Program-made: the position numbers and the translations under genes
In this document: piece after piece, positions 50,740-62,725 of the stretch
How the letters are laid out: each line of letters opens with the position of its first letter
How positions within the stretch are numbered: the stretch's first letter is position 1
The notes under the pieces: model-generated
Told to the model about the DNA's origin: nothing
The model's database searches: none
The model's input: only the letters and a program-made list of their open reading frames with translations
Assembly (NCBI GenBank): GCA_037447605.1
Contig: CM074816.1
Span: forward strand, 821,873 to 885,872
Source: Zygnema circumcarinatum SAG 698-1b
Taxonomy: Eukaryota; Plantae; Zygnematophyceae
Length of the DNA: 64,000 nt
Direction of reading: 5' to 3'

Positions 50740-53304
50740 AATACCGCCGGGGCAAAGTTGTTACGCTTGATTTGCACTCCAAACCTCACGTCAGGGAGCG
50801 CAGGCTTCATAAAGACGCGGCAAGCTGACCTCCTCCTGGGCTGATCGTAGTACCGTGACCCAAAAGGCGATGACATACGTAAAACAAACGCCATCGAAGA
50901 TCGGTGAATGACTCAAGCGAAAGGTGGTTGGGGAGAGGAGAGTTCGCAAAGGTACGTTTATTAAAGCAAAACAACGGTAAGCAAAAGAAAAGTGCTTTAC
51001 CCTCGAGATCCGCCAAAGATGTGGAAGCTCATCGACTCCGAGATCCTCAACCAAAGCATCATCAACAAAACGATCAACATAAGATGCACCAAAAGCGGGC
51101 GTTCTTTAAAACATCTAATACCAATTCCATCAAGACAAGTCCGATAACACTACAAGGGAGCGAAGGGTAGAAGGGATACCAACCGAGACCAAGCAAAACA
51201 CTTCGGCTAAATTTATCATTAAACGATACCGCCAATCGAGTAGTAAAATCAGTAAACGCGCAACGACCTCGGGTCAAGCAGGCCAATGATATATCGCCGC
51301 CATCGATGGAAAAGCAAGGCGTGCTCGAAAGCTCGTGTCGGCTCGGCGCGACGCACGTGCGCCAAAGCCGTAACAGCAACTTTAGTGGGTCGCCTTTGGC
51401 GTCCCGCCGGGCATCAAGGTCGCTTACCCACTAGATGCATCGCTAAGAGGAAAAAGGAGCGGCTCTAACGAGAATAAAATGCGACAAAGGAAAAAGGGAC
51501 GCAATCGGTGCAGGGGCCTCTCGTAACTCGCGAAAAATCTCATGACGATCCACCGTATTAAAAGCATTTGTCACATCAACCTGCAAAACAACCCAATCAG
51601 GGTGAAGATCCAACGTCGCACGAATGCCATGAACTACGGCCTCGCAGCCCCCAGGGGTCGCCACACCAAACTCCGTAAGTGTAAAAAATGATCCCCGAAA
51701 GCCCCTCGTGAATCGAAAACACATAGCGCCAGCAAACTACGCGATACAAAAACCTCCCCTACGTTATGGGGTTTAACTCCCCTCGCAGTTTGGCAAGGGC
51801 AACCAAACGAGCTGACGTAAAGAATATGATCAATGGACGAGGGAACACGCACTTCGCTTATATGACACAAGCAAGCCGAAAAGCAAACCAAACCCACTAT
51901 CCCCGTGTCCGGAGAAAACACATCACGGCAACTCATAAACCACATGCCCGGCTACCCCGCAGACAAATGAGGGGAGCGAAAGTAAGCTACTCAATGAAAG
52001 CCGCAATCGGATCAAGCACAAACGAAATGGTATTGTGCCTGCTAAAAGTGTCGATGAGGGACATTCAGCGGGCGATCCGATGGAGAGTCCAAAGGTGATC
52101 CAAAGTGTCGCTTGTTGGGTCGGGCGGCGTAAAGGGTCGGCGAGCTGTTAGCCATGAGACAACGATCGCCTATCTGAACCGGCTCGACGATGTCGCAGAG
52201 CGGAGGCATCCAAAGCGGAGGGCGGAAGCGGCGCAGACGCCGACAGGCAATTAACACGCGACCGTACGGGTTTCGCGAAAAGCCCCAATCCCCTACCCAA
52301 AAACGGGCGATATCAGCCGGGACCGGTCTCGCGAACGGCGCTGGCCCCACCACGAGGGGGCAAAATTAAAACCCAAAGGGGGAAAAGAAGAAGGACATGC
52401 CATGCAGCAACATCTGATGGATCACACGCAAGACGAGCAAGAGGCAAACGAAAAGCATCACTAACACAAACACGCAAAGCCCGTGGGATACGAGCTTAAA
52501 GACGAGGACGACGGGACCCAACAAAAAACGACCCAAGGACATCTAAAGACCGAGCATACGCCCAAGCAGCCGGACTAGGCCCAACATGCAAAGTAGACCC
52601 AGGGGTGGCAGTGACGGGTAGAGAAGAAGAGGGAGTAGAAGAAGGGTCGACAATGGGAGGAGGACGAAGAGGACACGCGCGCATATGCCCGGACAAACCC
52701 GCACCCTGACCAAAACAAATATCCACAAACATCACAAGGAACCCGGGAGAGGCCTGGGGCTTAGCAAATGGAGGGGAAGAAGGAAGAGGGGAAGAACGGA
52801 TGTGAGGGGGGAAGAGCAACACAGATGACAAGGCAAGGGGGTGGGAAGGGAAGGGGAACGCAGAGGATGGTCTAAGAGCCATGCGACGCATGAGAAGGGA
52901 ATGGATGAGGGAAGGGAAGCGGGGGGGCGGGGAGGAGAAAGGGGAAGGAAGGGTAGGGAAGAGAAGGGAAGGGACGGGAAGGGGAGGGAGAGGAAAGGAA
53001 AGGAATGGCGAGAGGAATAAGGGTACGGAAAAGAAGGGAAAGGGGAAAGGATAAGGGAANNNNNNNNNNAGACAAGCTACGGCAGAAAATGTCAGAAAAC
53101 AAGGCGAGAAACGTTAGATTTGAAAAAACCGCAGCAAAACAGCAGCAAAACAACCAAAAACAAAAAACAAAAAACGAAAAGAAGCACAAACAACAAAAAC
53201 AGAGCAATGCAGCAAGACACGCGACAGGAAAACGCAAAGACAACGACAAGAGGCTGCCACGTGGCCGCGGCAGAGGCGGCGGCAGCAGGCGCAACGGTCG
53301 GAAG
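50740..53304 (-). mobile_element. Degenerate CRE/RLE-type non-LTR retrotransposon (5' part and RT)
   Basis: GCEAVVHGIRATLDLHPDWVVLQVDVTNAFNTVDR at 51443..51724(-); 5' end shared with 3979-4188. Confidence 0.8.
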
Positions 53305-53399
53305 GTCGGTACAAGGTGTCCTAGAGCTGCCTTACGACTTGAAGCTTCAATTATTATAATCAATCTCCGTTTAATCGTTTTTTAGGGTTTTTAGGGTTC

Positions 53400-53690
53400 A
53401 TTTCCGTCGCTTTGCAGCGCTGCCTTGCTTCCACCATCCTTCGGCGTGCAGCGGTTGTTGGGACCCATTCCGGTGGTCTCCCGCCCCTTCCTGTTGGGGC
53501 TAGAAGCACATCGGCGACCTTCGCGGGTGCTTCTAGTGCCGTGTTGTTGAGCCTAGAAGTAGATTTCCGTCTCGAGGCTTTCTCTTTGTCCTTACGTCCA
53601 TTGTGACCGCTTCCTCTGGTTCCCTATGTCGATTTTATCCATGTACATTTGATGGCCTTGCCATCGTGAGTTCAATCAAGCATTCTTCTT
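53400..53690 (+). mobile_element. 3' end of an RLE-type non-LTR element
   Basis: SVALQRCLASTILRRAA resembles the RLE C-terminal motif. The tail TCCATGTACATTTGATGGC..CCATCGTGAG.TCAAT recurs at ~34516-34558. Confidence 0.6.
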
Positions 53691-54189
53691 TTAATTAGCA
53701 AGAAAACGAAAGAAATCGATACATATGGTCACATGGTCACTATAACGCGAGTAGCCTGTAAGAGGGTGGAAAATATTAGGGGTGTACGCATTTCAGTACG
53801 GATATGTACGGTCAGGACCCGGAATTCGTACAGTACACGAAATTTTGACTCTTAAGGAAAGTGTTATTAACACACCTTCGCTCACTTTTTCGCCGGGCAG
53901 CTTTTACAAAGGATTTTTTAGCGAAAAATGCTGTTTCATACTTTTGTAGAATAGATACAGACCTTTTTTCGTCGGGTGTACGAATGCTGATTTGAATGTA
54001 CGATCAAAGTATAACGGCGCGACACGTGGAGCGACATGATTGGTCGCGACAACATATGACGTGGCAAGTATGTTTGGGACCGTGACGTGACGAAACGAGA
54101 CGCGAAAAAGGTGGAGTCCGCGGACGGCAATCGGAAATGGCCGGAAAAAAAATTGACAAACCCTAAAAATGGGTTTTTAGGGTTATAGA

Positions 54190-54750
54190 GTGCGTCTGCC
54201 GAACCTCCTATGTACAGTTCGCGCAAGCCAGCAGGTGATGGAGTTCATTACGCGGGAGGAGTTGATCGAAGATGTCAGGAAGAGGTGTTTACAGGAAGGA
54301 GTTGTCCTCGCCATCCAGAGTAGTACGAGGAAACGGGTGGTGTTCAACTGTGATCGAGGTGGGGAGTATAGAAATGCTCTAAACCTGACAGATGGAACGC
54401 GCCAAAGGGAGACGTGCACCAAGAAAATAGGCTGTAAGTTTCAGATCGTTTGCACCTCGGTGAAGGGTTTGTGGGCGGTTCGGAAGATCTCCGGCAATCA
54501 CAACCACGAGGTGGCTTTGAACTTGGCAGGCCATTCAATCACTCGTCGCTTAGGCAAGTTAGAAAAGGCGAAAGTGCGAGAGCTGGTTAGGTTAGGCTTG
54601 GCGCCAAAGGATATTATCTGTATCCTTCGTAAGGAGTTTGCAAATAGCCACTCCAAAGCAAGAGACATCTATAATGAGATTGCGGCTGCTCGAAAGGAAG
54701 AGTTAAAGGGCCGCAATGCGTGTTTTCATCCAAAAGGTGAGTGTAAATAA
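54190..54750 (+). mobile_element. Mutator/MULE transposase N-terminal fragment (FAR1/WRKY-GCM1-type Zn DNA-binding domain), no DDE domain
   Basis: FNCDRGGEYR..CTKKIGCKFQI..W.V..ISGNHNH..RDIYN. Confidence 0.85.
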
Positions 54751-54808
54751 CACTTTCCTACTAAAATCGGGAATTTTGTATGGCTATGGTCAATGTCTGA
54801 CTCCCCCT

Positions 54809-55085
54809 AATGGTTGCGAACCAGCCATTGCGTCCAATGGTTACGAACCAGCCATTGCGTCCAATGGTTGCGATCCAGACATTGAGTCCAATGGCTGCGA
54901 ACCAGCCATTGCGTCCAATGGTTGCGAACCAGCCATTGCGTCCAATGGTTGCGAACCAGCCATTGCGTCCAATGGTTGCGAACCAGCCATTGCGTCCAAT
55001 GGTTGCGAGCCAGCCATTGCGTCCAATGGTTGCGAGCCAGCCATTGCGTCCAATGGTTACGAACCAGCCATTGCGTCCAATGGTT
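54809..55085. repeat. 27-bp minisatellite, 10 full copies plus a partial
   Basis: Unit AATGGTTGCGAACCAGCCATTGCGTCC, directly abutting, no spacers. Confidence 0.97.
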
Positions 55086-55448
55086 GGCCCGCGTTTGGCG
55101 ACCTTGACACCCCCGCGCCTCAGTCGCGCCGACACGATCCATCTGCCAATCGCGGCGACCGCCCACACGTGTGAAATGCACACGTGGCGAGCTCCCACTG
55201 TTCTTCTATCTCCCAGTGGCCCTTCCGCCTCCTCAAAGAGGCCCTCCCCTGCCCTTCTCCCCCACATTCTCTCTATCCCTCTCTCTCTCCTCTGGAAGTT
55301 CTGAACACCGAAAGCCCTCTTGTCTAATGTTTAAAGCCCTCACATTCAAATTTTTTCTGGAAATTTTCTTAAGGATTCCTCTCCTTTGAGCCCTGACCTG
55401 CGTCACGACGTCCATTCTCCCTCTGCAGCGCCCGCTTCCTTGGCCGCC

Positions 55449-57033
55449 ATGGACGAGCAATTGCGCGTCATGGCGGCGTACGGACTCGACGAAGAACTGA
55501 CTGCCGCCCAGCACCGCCTGGTGGCCCTCTCCCACCTGCACCTGCTCCCCGCCGCACTCTTCGCCGCCGTGACGCTCGGCATCCCCAACGTGCTGGCTGG
55601 GGCTGGAGGGCCCCTCACAGCAGAGGAAGTTGCCGCGAAGCTTCCGGGAGGACAGGGACGGGCGGAGTACACGTGGCGCGTTCTAAGGCTGCTGAGCAGC
55701 CATGGATTGTTTCAGCAAAGCGGGGAGGATGGGCCTACGACCGCCAAGTTTGGGCTTACAAAGATGTCGGCGCTCCTGACTACAGGTGAATTTAGGGTTA
55801 CGGTGAAGAGTTTTAGGGTGGGATTTTAGGGTTAGCGAATTTACGCTTTTAACTGTTGCCCGGAGGAATCGAAGTCAGCCGATTTTTTAAAACGCAAATA
55901 GGAAGGTTTTGTTTTGGAGCCGCACATGAATGGTTGCCGGCTTTTCATGTCGTGCAGGGCACAGCGGCCCCTCCATGGCTGACTACGTGCTCTCACAGGC
56001 GGCTCCGAGTGCCTTCCAGGCGGGAAGCCAACTGGTGGATGCGCTGCTGAAAGGGGGGGAGCCCTTCACTATGGCGCACGGAGCCAACCAGTGGGACTAT
56101 GGCCGCCTGCACCCCGAGTATGGCTTGCGCTTCAGTCGAGCAATGACTAATGTTTCACAGGTGAAGGCGACATCGCAAAGTTTTTCCTTGGTTGATGTTC
56201 GGCAAAATGGAGGCAACACTTTGTCTTTTCCTTTTTTTACTTTCTCACTTTTTTCAATGTTATTTGTATTATTATTGTTTCCAGGAAGAAGTTGGGGCAA
56301 TTTTGAGGGCATACGATGGATTTGGGGAGGAGGGCACTCTCGTGGACGTGGCTGGCAGCGTGGGCGTCACCGGAGCCGCCATTCGAGCGCGGCATCTGAA
56401 CCTTAAAATCGTAAATTTTGACTTGCCCGAAGTGATCGCTCGGGCGCCCGCATTGGAGGGTGTGACCCATGTTGCGGGAGACATGTTTAAAGAGGTGCCT
56501 GATGGCGACATGATCTTCATGAAGGTGAGAGGGATAGGGAGGAAGGAGCGGTGGGGGAGGGAGAGGGGGAGTAGCGAGCGGACGAGAGGGCGAAGGGGCG
56601 AGACAGGAAGAGAGAGGGGAAGAACGAGAGTTGTAACGCCAAAGTCAGTTTTGGAGTGTCCCTGGGAAGCGAGGGAAGGCGGAGCGCAATGTCATGACGT
56701 GGCTCCTGTGGTTGCATCGTTTTGCAGCACATCATGCACGACTGGGATGATGCAGATTGTGTCAAGATTTTGACCAACTGCCACAGGGCGCTTCCTTCCC
56801 ATGGAAAGCTTATAATCGCCGACTCTGTTGTCCCTTCGCCTGCGGATGCGAGTGAGAGGGCTCAGCGAATCAAGCTGTTCGATGTGGCCATGCTGGTCAT
56901 GACGGAACGGGGAAGGGAACGGACAGAGAAAGAATGGCATTTGCTGTTGGCGGAAGCGGGATTCGTTGTCACGCGAATTGTGCCGACTGCATCGGCCGTG
57001 GTCTCTGTCATAGAATGTACAAAGACAAGGTGA
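55449..57033 (+). CDS. COMT/ASMT-like SAM-dependent O-methyltransferase
   Basis: Exons 55449-55785, 55958-56160, 56285-56524, 56728-57033; LVDVAGSVG, FDLPEVI, GDMF, HIMHDWDD, GRERTEKEW. Confidence 0.92.
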
Positions 57034-57142
57034 ATTTTGGAAAAACTGAAGAATAACAACCATCCGGAGGAAAAGGAAGAGGAGGAGATAGATCGGACCA
57101 AAAAAATAGTTATCAACCCTGATTATTATCGGCCCTGATTGG

Positions 57143-60100
57143 CTAGACAGAGGCGGGGCGTTGCGGCATGAGCAGGTTGTAGAAAGCGTTCTTGAGGAAA
57201 AAGTCCTGCCCAGTCTCCGTTACAGCCCTCTTCCAGCCCACCCAGCCCCCTCCACGAATGCTCTTTGGGTCCTCCCCCCCCGTGTAGTGCGGGTCGAGGA
57301 TGAGGAACGCACACTCGCCCGTGCGTTCGTTATAGTCGACACCCAGCAGGGTGTACGCCAGCACTCCGCCCCCTGCACTCACATCCGACATGTAGGGACT
57401 GTGCGTGAGAGAGAGATTTGAAGAGTAAGCAGAAGAGTAATCAACAGAGAGGAACCGAAAGATGGGGAAGGAGCGTGAGGTGGGGTGGGGGGGACGGCGA
57501 GAGCATTTGTCAATAAAGCAACTCTTCAAAGAGTAACAAAAAAGGGAGTGAGATAGAGAGGGAGGGAGAGAGAGGGAGAGAAAAAGGATCGAAAGAGTGA
57601 GTGAGCTGCACTTGCCAATCATGATGGGCGTTCCTTGTGTCTGAAAATGGCGGGCCAATTCTCGTCCTTTGGAAGGCATGTCGGCTCCCGATTGGACGGT
57701 CAATATTTTGCAGCTCACCTGATCAATATCATCGAGATATTACCCAACAGCAAACCTTCTTGAGAACCCTATTCTGCCAAAAATTGAGAACCCTTAAGAA
57801 ATTCGCAGCATAGAGAACTTTGTTAACTGCAGCTTCCTCGATCTAAATACCTGCCCGGAAGGCTTTCACTGAAAAAGTGCACAAATGTCGCAAGGGAAAA
57901 TTCAATTAATTACAGACCTGTACCGACCACAACGCATAAGAACGTTGATATTTGACAAAATCGATGTGGAATACGCTTTTGAAGTACTTTTGATGTTACT
58001 ACTTAATTCACGGAAAATGTGAACTAATTCCGAGTTTCAGAAGGGTGAAACTTTACTAAGTCTGAAATCTCCTATTAGTAACATGCTTTGTTGAACAGAG
58101 GAAAGGTGATGTAAAAGCAATGACATATATGAAATGCCCCAAACAGTATTGTCTGGATAAAGGAGGAGCTCACCCCCAACAACTGGTCCAGCACATAACT
58201 CAGCTCTATGGCTCCAATCCACTGAGACGATCCAACAAACGCTCCCTCCTTGTCTCCCATTTCCACTAGCGTCTCTTGAATCTTCCTGCGAAAATGCTAT
58301 CGTGTCAAATCTACCTCAATGGTTGTAAGGAAACTCAGAATAAGATATAGGCAAACGAAGCGAATCCATTCATAATGTTGAATTAGCCCGTGGTAGAGAG
58401 AGCGAGAGAGCGAGGAAGGGAATACCAAGAGGGGGAAGAGAGACACAGCGAGTGAGGGAGAGAGGGAGAGAGTTTGAGTGATACAGGATGCTCCTGTCAT
58501 GCACCTGTGTGTGGGAACTGGCAGATTGGTATAGTGCTGCAGTTGAAACCACGATACAATTGTCTGAAGGGAGCGATAAGCACAGCCCCAACCCTGCAGT
58601 CGACCACCCTCCCAGACAATCCCTATGAAATTAACATCAGACCAAAACGTTAACAAGCAAAAAAAAAACTTTTCCTACTCACATCTTTCCCATGACAACA
58701 ATGACAGGGCATCCGCACCACACTCCGCATCTTAACCACACTTGAAACAACACGTGCATTTCATAATGAGGCAAATAGTGGTAGTGGGAGTGGTAGTATT
58801 AGAGAAACTGTTCCTTTTAAAAAAGTGAGAGGAGTATGTAGAGAGGGCCTTACGCTGTCATCAATGTGGTCCTGCATGTAGTGGAAGTATTCATATGATC
58901 CTTGCAGCAAAGCCACCTGCCCCCCACTCACTGCATGCCCCCCCATAATCCTGAATCCTTGTTAGAAATGAATAATTGACCACAAAATAAAATAAGTATA
59001 GAATGGCACACATTGGAGCACCCATTCCTCAAATCCTCTACCTCATCCTCTAAAGCCCGAATAGGATTAAGTGTCAGTAAGGAAATACCTCCGGAAGGCG
59101 GCAGAGCCACATGAACATCTCGCAGCCTTCTTCCTGCAGAGCAAACTAAAAGATTCATTAGAGAGATTGTGGCAGAACAAAGTGGGGAGGAAGGAAAGAG
59201 CGAGAGAAACAGTAATGAAGGAAAGGAAACGGAGCAACCTTGTGTGCTGCCGAGGGTGTTCGCACTGTCTAGTATGAAAGTAAGCGCATTCACAGTACGG
59301 AGTAGAGGACGGTCTCCGGGGAGACCTAGCCTTTGGTGAAGAGTTTTACGCATCTCCACTGCAAATAAAGGAATAAACCTTCACTCAACATGCTTCACTA
59401 AATGGATGATAAGAAGCTCGACAGCATATAAAATGGTATACCACACATCAACATGCCACTTGGAAAATTCCCCGGAAAACTCTTTCCATATATGCAGTTA
59501 GGGGAACTCATTCAGTCAAGAAAACACTTCTAAAGCTTCCCGACAACGGTGTATCTTCCTCCACTCCCCTGATTTTCTCCCCTCTCTCCTCTCTCCGTCT
59601 CCAAAAGCAGCCTCCCTCTATCCCGCAGTGCCTGTACCTGCACGTTTTTCCGATTCTCCGTAACTCAGTGAATAGACCGAAGTCACAGGGTGACAAAAAC
59701 CCGGTGGACAGAAGTGGTACGCTGAAAGCTGCAACCAAAGCAGTTCCGCAAATTACCGTCTCATTTGTCGAGGCTCGTTCATGGTTTGGCTAGTTTTGCA
59801 AGTTTAAGGCTTATTGAAACCCCAGTGGAAAAATGCAGATGCTCAATTTATGGCTTACCTTCACATCGCCCTTGCCACATTCTGCAAGAGCAATCCGTTC
59901 CACGTAACGGAGCTGCTCACATAGAGCAGGGATGACGAGGGTATTCACTGCCACCTCTGCTACCATGTCGGAAGGTGGTGCAGCCAAAACGTCGAGCTTT
60001 AGGTCAAGGCGACGTACAGTCACGCTGCTGTCTGCTGCAAGAATACAAAAGGGAGACTATCACTGCTTACAGAATGCTTCAAGAGCTACCTCCCCTTCCC

Positions 60101-61812
60101 ACCGGGCCCTTTCTCTCTCTGCCTATCGCTACAGTTCAACTAGGAAACGTATCGTTATTGATTCAATTTGAACATTTCCCCGCATTGCTTTCGTGGATAA
60201 AGAATAGAAGTTACCAGGAAGGTACTGCAAGAACGGGGCTGCTGCAGGGCCAACTTTGCGTGACTGGCGGAGACGAGGCCTCACATTTGCAGGAAGAGGA
60301 AGCTGCGTAAAGTCACGCCTCAGAATGAAAAGTCATGCTTTGTTCGTATTGAGAAAAGAAATGAAAGAAAAAAAAAACGGAAGTGGAAAGAACCTGAAGA
60401 ACGACTAACTTCTTAACAGATACATCTACGGCACTTATAATCAACCACTTTGTTCTATTCAGTGATATAAACGCAAGAGAATCAAGCCCGTCCGAAAGTG
60501 GGCAGAAACAAATTTTGTCTCTGCCCGCCTTTTTTGTTAGGGAAAGAAAAAAAAACGATCCACCCAATGCCCTCATCCCCGCCTTCCCTCCCAAAAAAAA
60601 AACGAGAAGAAAAAGCAGAGTTCGCTCAAACTGCAAACTTAGCAAGCACCCCCCTTCTTTCACCTGATCCTCATCTCCACAGCATTGGCTGGTAGGCCAC
60701 CTGGCAGCCTGAAGCTGTCTTCACTGCGTTCTCAGCCAATCGAAACTCTCCGCAAAGGGGATGGTCTACTGAGGAACTGCCACCTGGCACATCTCGTAAT
60801 CCCAATTGGCCGACCTGCACCAGGTGGGGCCCCTGCTGAGTGGAGCCGCCACCAGATGGGCCCTCCACTATGGCCACTGCCCAGTCGCTTCGGAGGTCCT
60901 TTTCAATACCCTCCAGGGCAGTTGAGATCGCTTTGGAAATTTCTGGAGAAAGAATAGAAATACGTTTAGCAGCATGCTTCTGTTGGGGAATACTTTCGCA
61001 TTGACATAGTAAGGCGCATTTGTAAAATGCGCATCGCATAACCTTACTCGCACATGGAGAGGTTTGGCAATCGTGAAAAAGGTACTACCGGTTAGAAAAG
61101 TTACTGTGGCTAGCAAAAAAGTCCACGGCAGGGATGCCGGATCCTTTTTCTATCTTTGACTCCAAAAGAAAGGATAGAAGAGAAATTCAACTCCACCCTG
61201 TGAAGAGGACTCACCTTCAGAAGTAGGCGTCGCTGCTCGGAGGTACACTGGAAGAGATACCGCCAGCTGGCAGCGCAGCAGCACGTGCCCTTCCCAGAGC
61301 TTCTGCGTCGCTTCTCGCACTCCTCCTGGTACTATCTCCACACGTCTCTCCTCCACAAGCCCTCCCACATTTTCCTCACAACATGAAAAGAACGCCAAAT
61401 TGCCGTCCTCCAGCCCTACAGCCGCCACAAGACTGCTTTTCCCCTTGCTTGTGCCACCTTGTACAGAAACATCCATACAATCCCTCATCTGCTTCACCAG
61501 GTTAAGGGCACTGCTGCCAGCTGCTTGAGCATCACTGAATTCTGCGCTGCCTGGAATGAATGCGCCGATTATTTGAAAGCCACGCGGCAGAAGGAGGCGC
61601 AGATCTGCAGCCTCCACACTCAGATCTTCAAGGGATGCCCTAGAGGACGAGAAGTGGAGCCATTTGACAGCGCTGACGGGCGTAACCGAGTCGTTGCTTT
61701 CAGCGGCAGCTGCGGAGGGAGCAGCAGAGAGGAGCCAGCCGGCAGAGCCTTCTGAGAGGCGCTGTCGGAGCGCCGAGTGGATGCCTTCATGCAGGCGTAT
61801 GGCCGGCGCCAT
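57143..61812 (-). CDS. UFSP2: Ufm1-specific protease (multi-exon)
   Basis: [63 protein letters not shown]. Confidence 0.93.
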
Positions 61813-61861
61813 GGCGCCTTCCAGCCCGGCCCTGAGCGAGGGCAGGGAGGGCAGAAGCCCC

Positions 61862-62272
61862 GGGGTTAGGGTTAGGGTTAGGGTTAGGATTAGGGTAGAG
61901 TTGGGACTGGGATTAGAGTTAGGAACTTAGGATTAGGAATTTGATTTGGGATTAGGGTTAGGGTTGGGATTAGGGTTAGGGTTGGGATTAGGGTTAGGGT
62001 TGGCTTAGGGTTAGGGTTAAGGGTAAGGATTAGGGTTAGAATTAGAGTTAGGGTTAGGGTTAGGTTTGGGGATTTGGGTTAGGCTTGGGATTAGGGTTGG
62101 GGTTAGGATTGAGGGTTAGGGTTCGGTTTGGGGTTAGGTTTGGGGATCAGGATGAGGCTGGGGTTAGGGTAAGGTTTAAGGTTAAGGTTGGGGATTAGGG
62201 TTAGAGTTAGGATTAGGTCTGGGATTAGGTTTGGAGTTAGGCTTGAGATAACGGTTAGGGTTAGGGTTGTAG
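61862..62272 (+). repeat. Degenerate (TTAGGG)n-like interstitial array
   Basis: Mostly 6-bp units such as GGGTTA and GGATTA, starting ~50 bp upstream of the UFSP2 ATG. Confidence 0.9.
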
Positions 62273-62354
62273 CTTCGGGTTTCCGGCCTGGTTTTTCCGT
62301 GTTGCTTTTAAGCGACGCACGAGTAAAGTGAGGTCCAGAGGGGACGGAAGGGAG

Positions 62355-62665
62355 CTGTCCACGTGGCACATCCAACGGCCATTAAATCTTCAACGGCCAT
62401 TAAACCTTCCACGTGGCACGTCCAACGGTCACTTTGCAACTGGATTTCTGCCACGTGGAACCCTATTCTGCTTCCTCCCGCGGGCGGTCCCGGCCAGCGC
62501 TTGCGCCCCACGTGCGACTCTGCGACCCCAGGATGCCACGTGGCGCTACCTCGTGGCCGGACCTGCCCGCCCTCCTACAGACTCGCCACGTGGCGGACCG
62601 CGCTGCCACGTATGCACGCCTCCCTCTCGCGCGCGTCTCCTTCCACGATGTCCACGTGGCGGCAC
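62355..62665. promoter_or_regulatory. Cluster of CACGTG (G-box-like) motifs in the divergent intergenic region
   Basis: About 7 CCACGTG occurrences in ~300 bp. Function is inferred only. Confidence 0.4.
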
Positions 62666-62725
62666 TGGTTGAAAGGCTGCCAGCTGGCAGCTCCCCGCAC
62701 TTTCTGGACGAGCTAGAGCTCAGCC

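Noticed and set aside
47760-52500. Programmed frameshifts or novel ORFs in the Gypsy 3' half and the LINE
   Set aside because: Dense single-base indels look like decay or unpolished long-read error.
54809-55085. CRISPR array or repeat-protein gene
   Set aside because: No unique spacers and a eukaryotic context. The ORFs in all six frames are a consequence of the 27-bp period.
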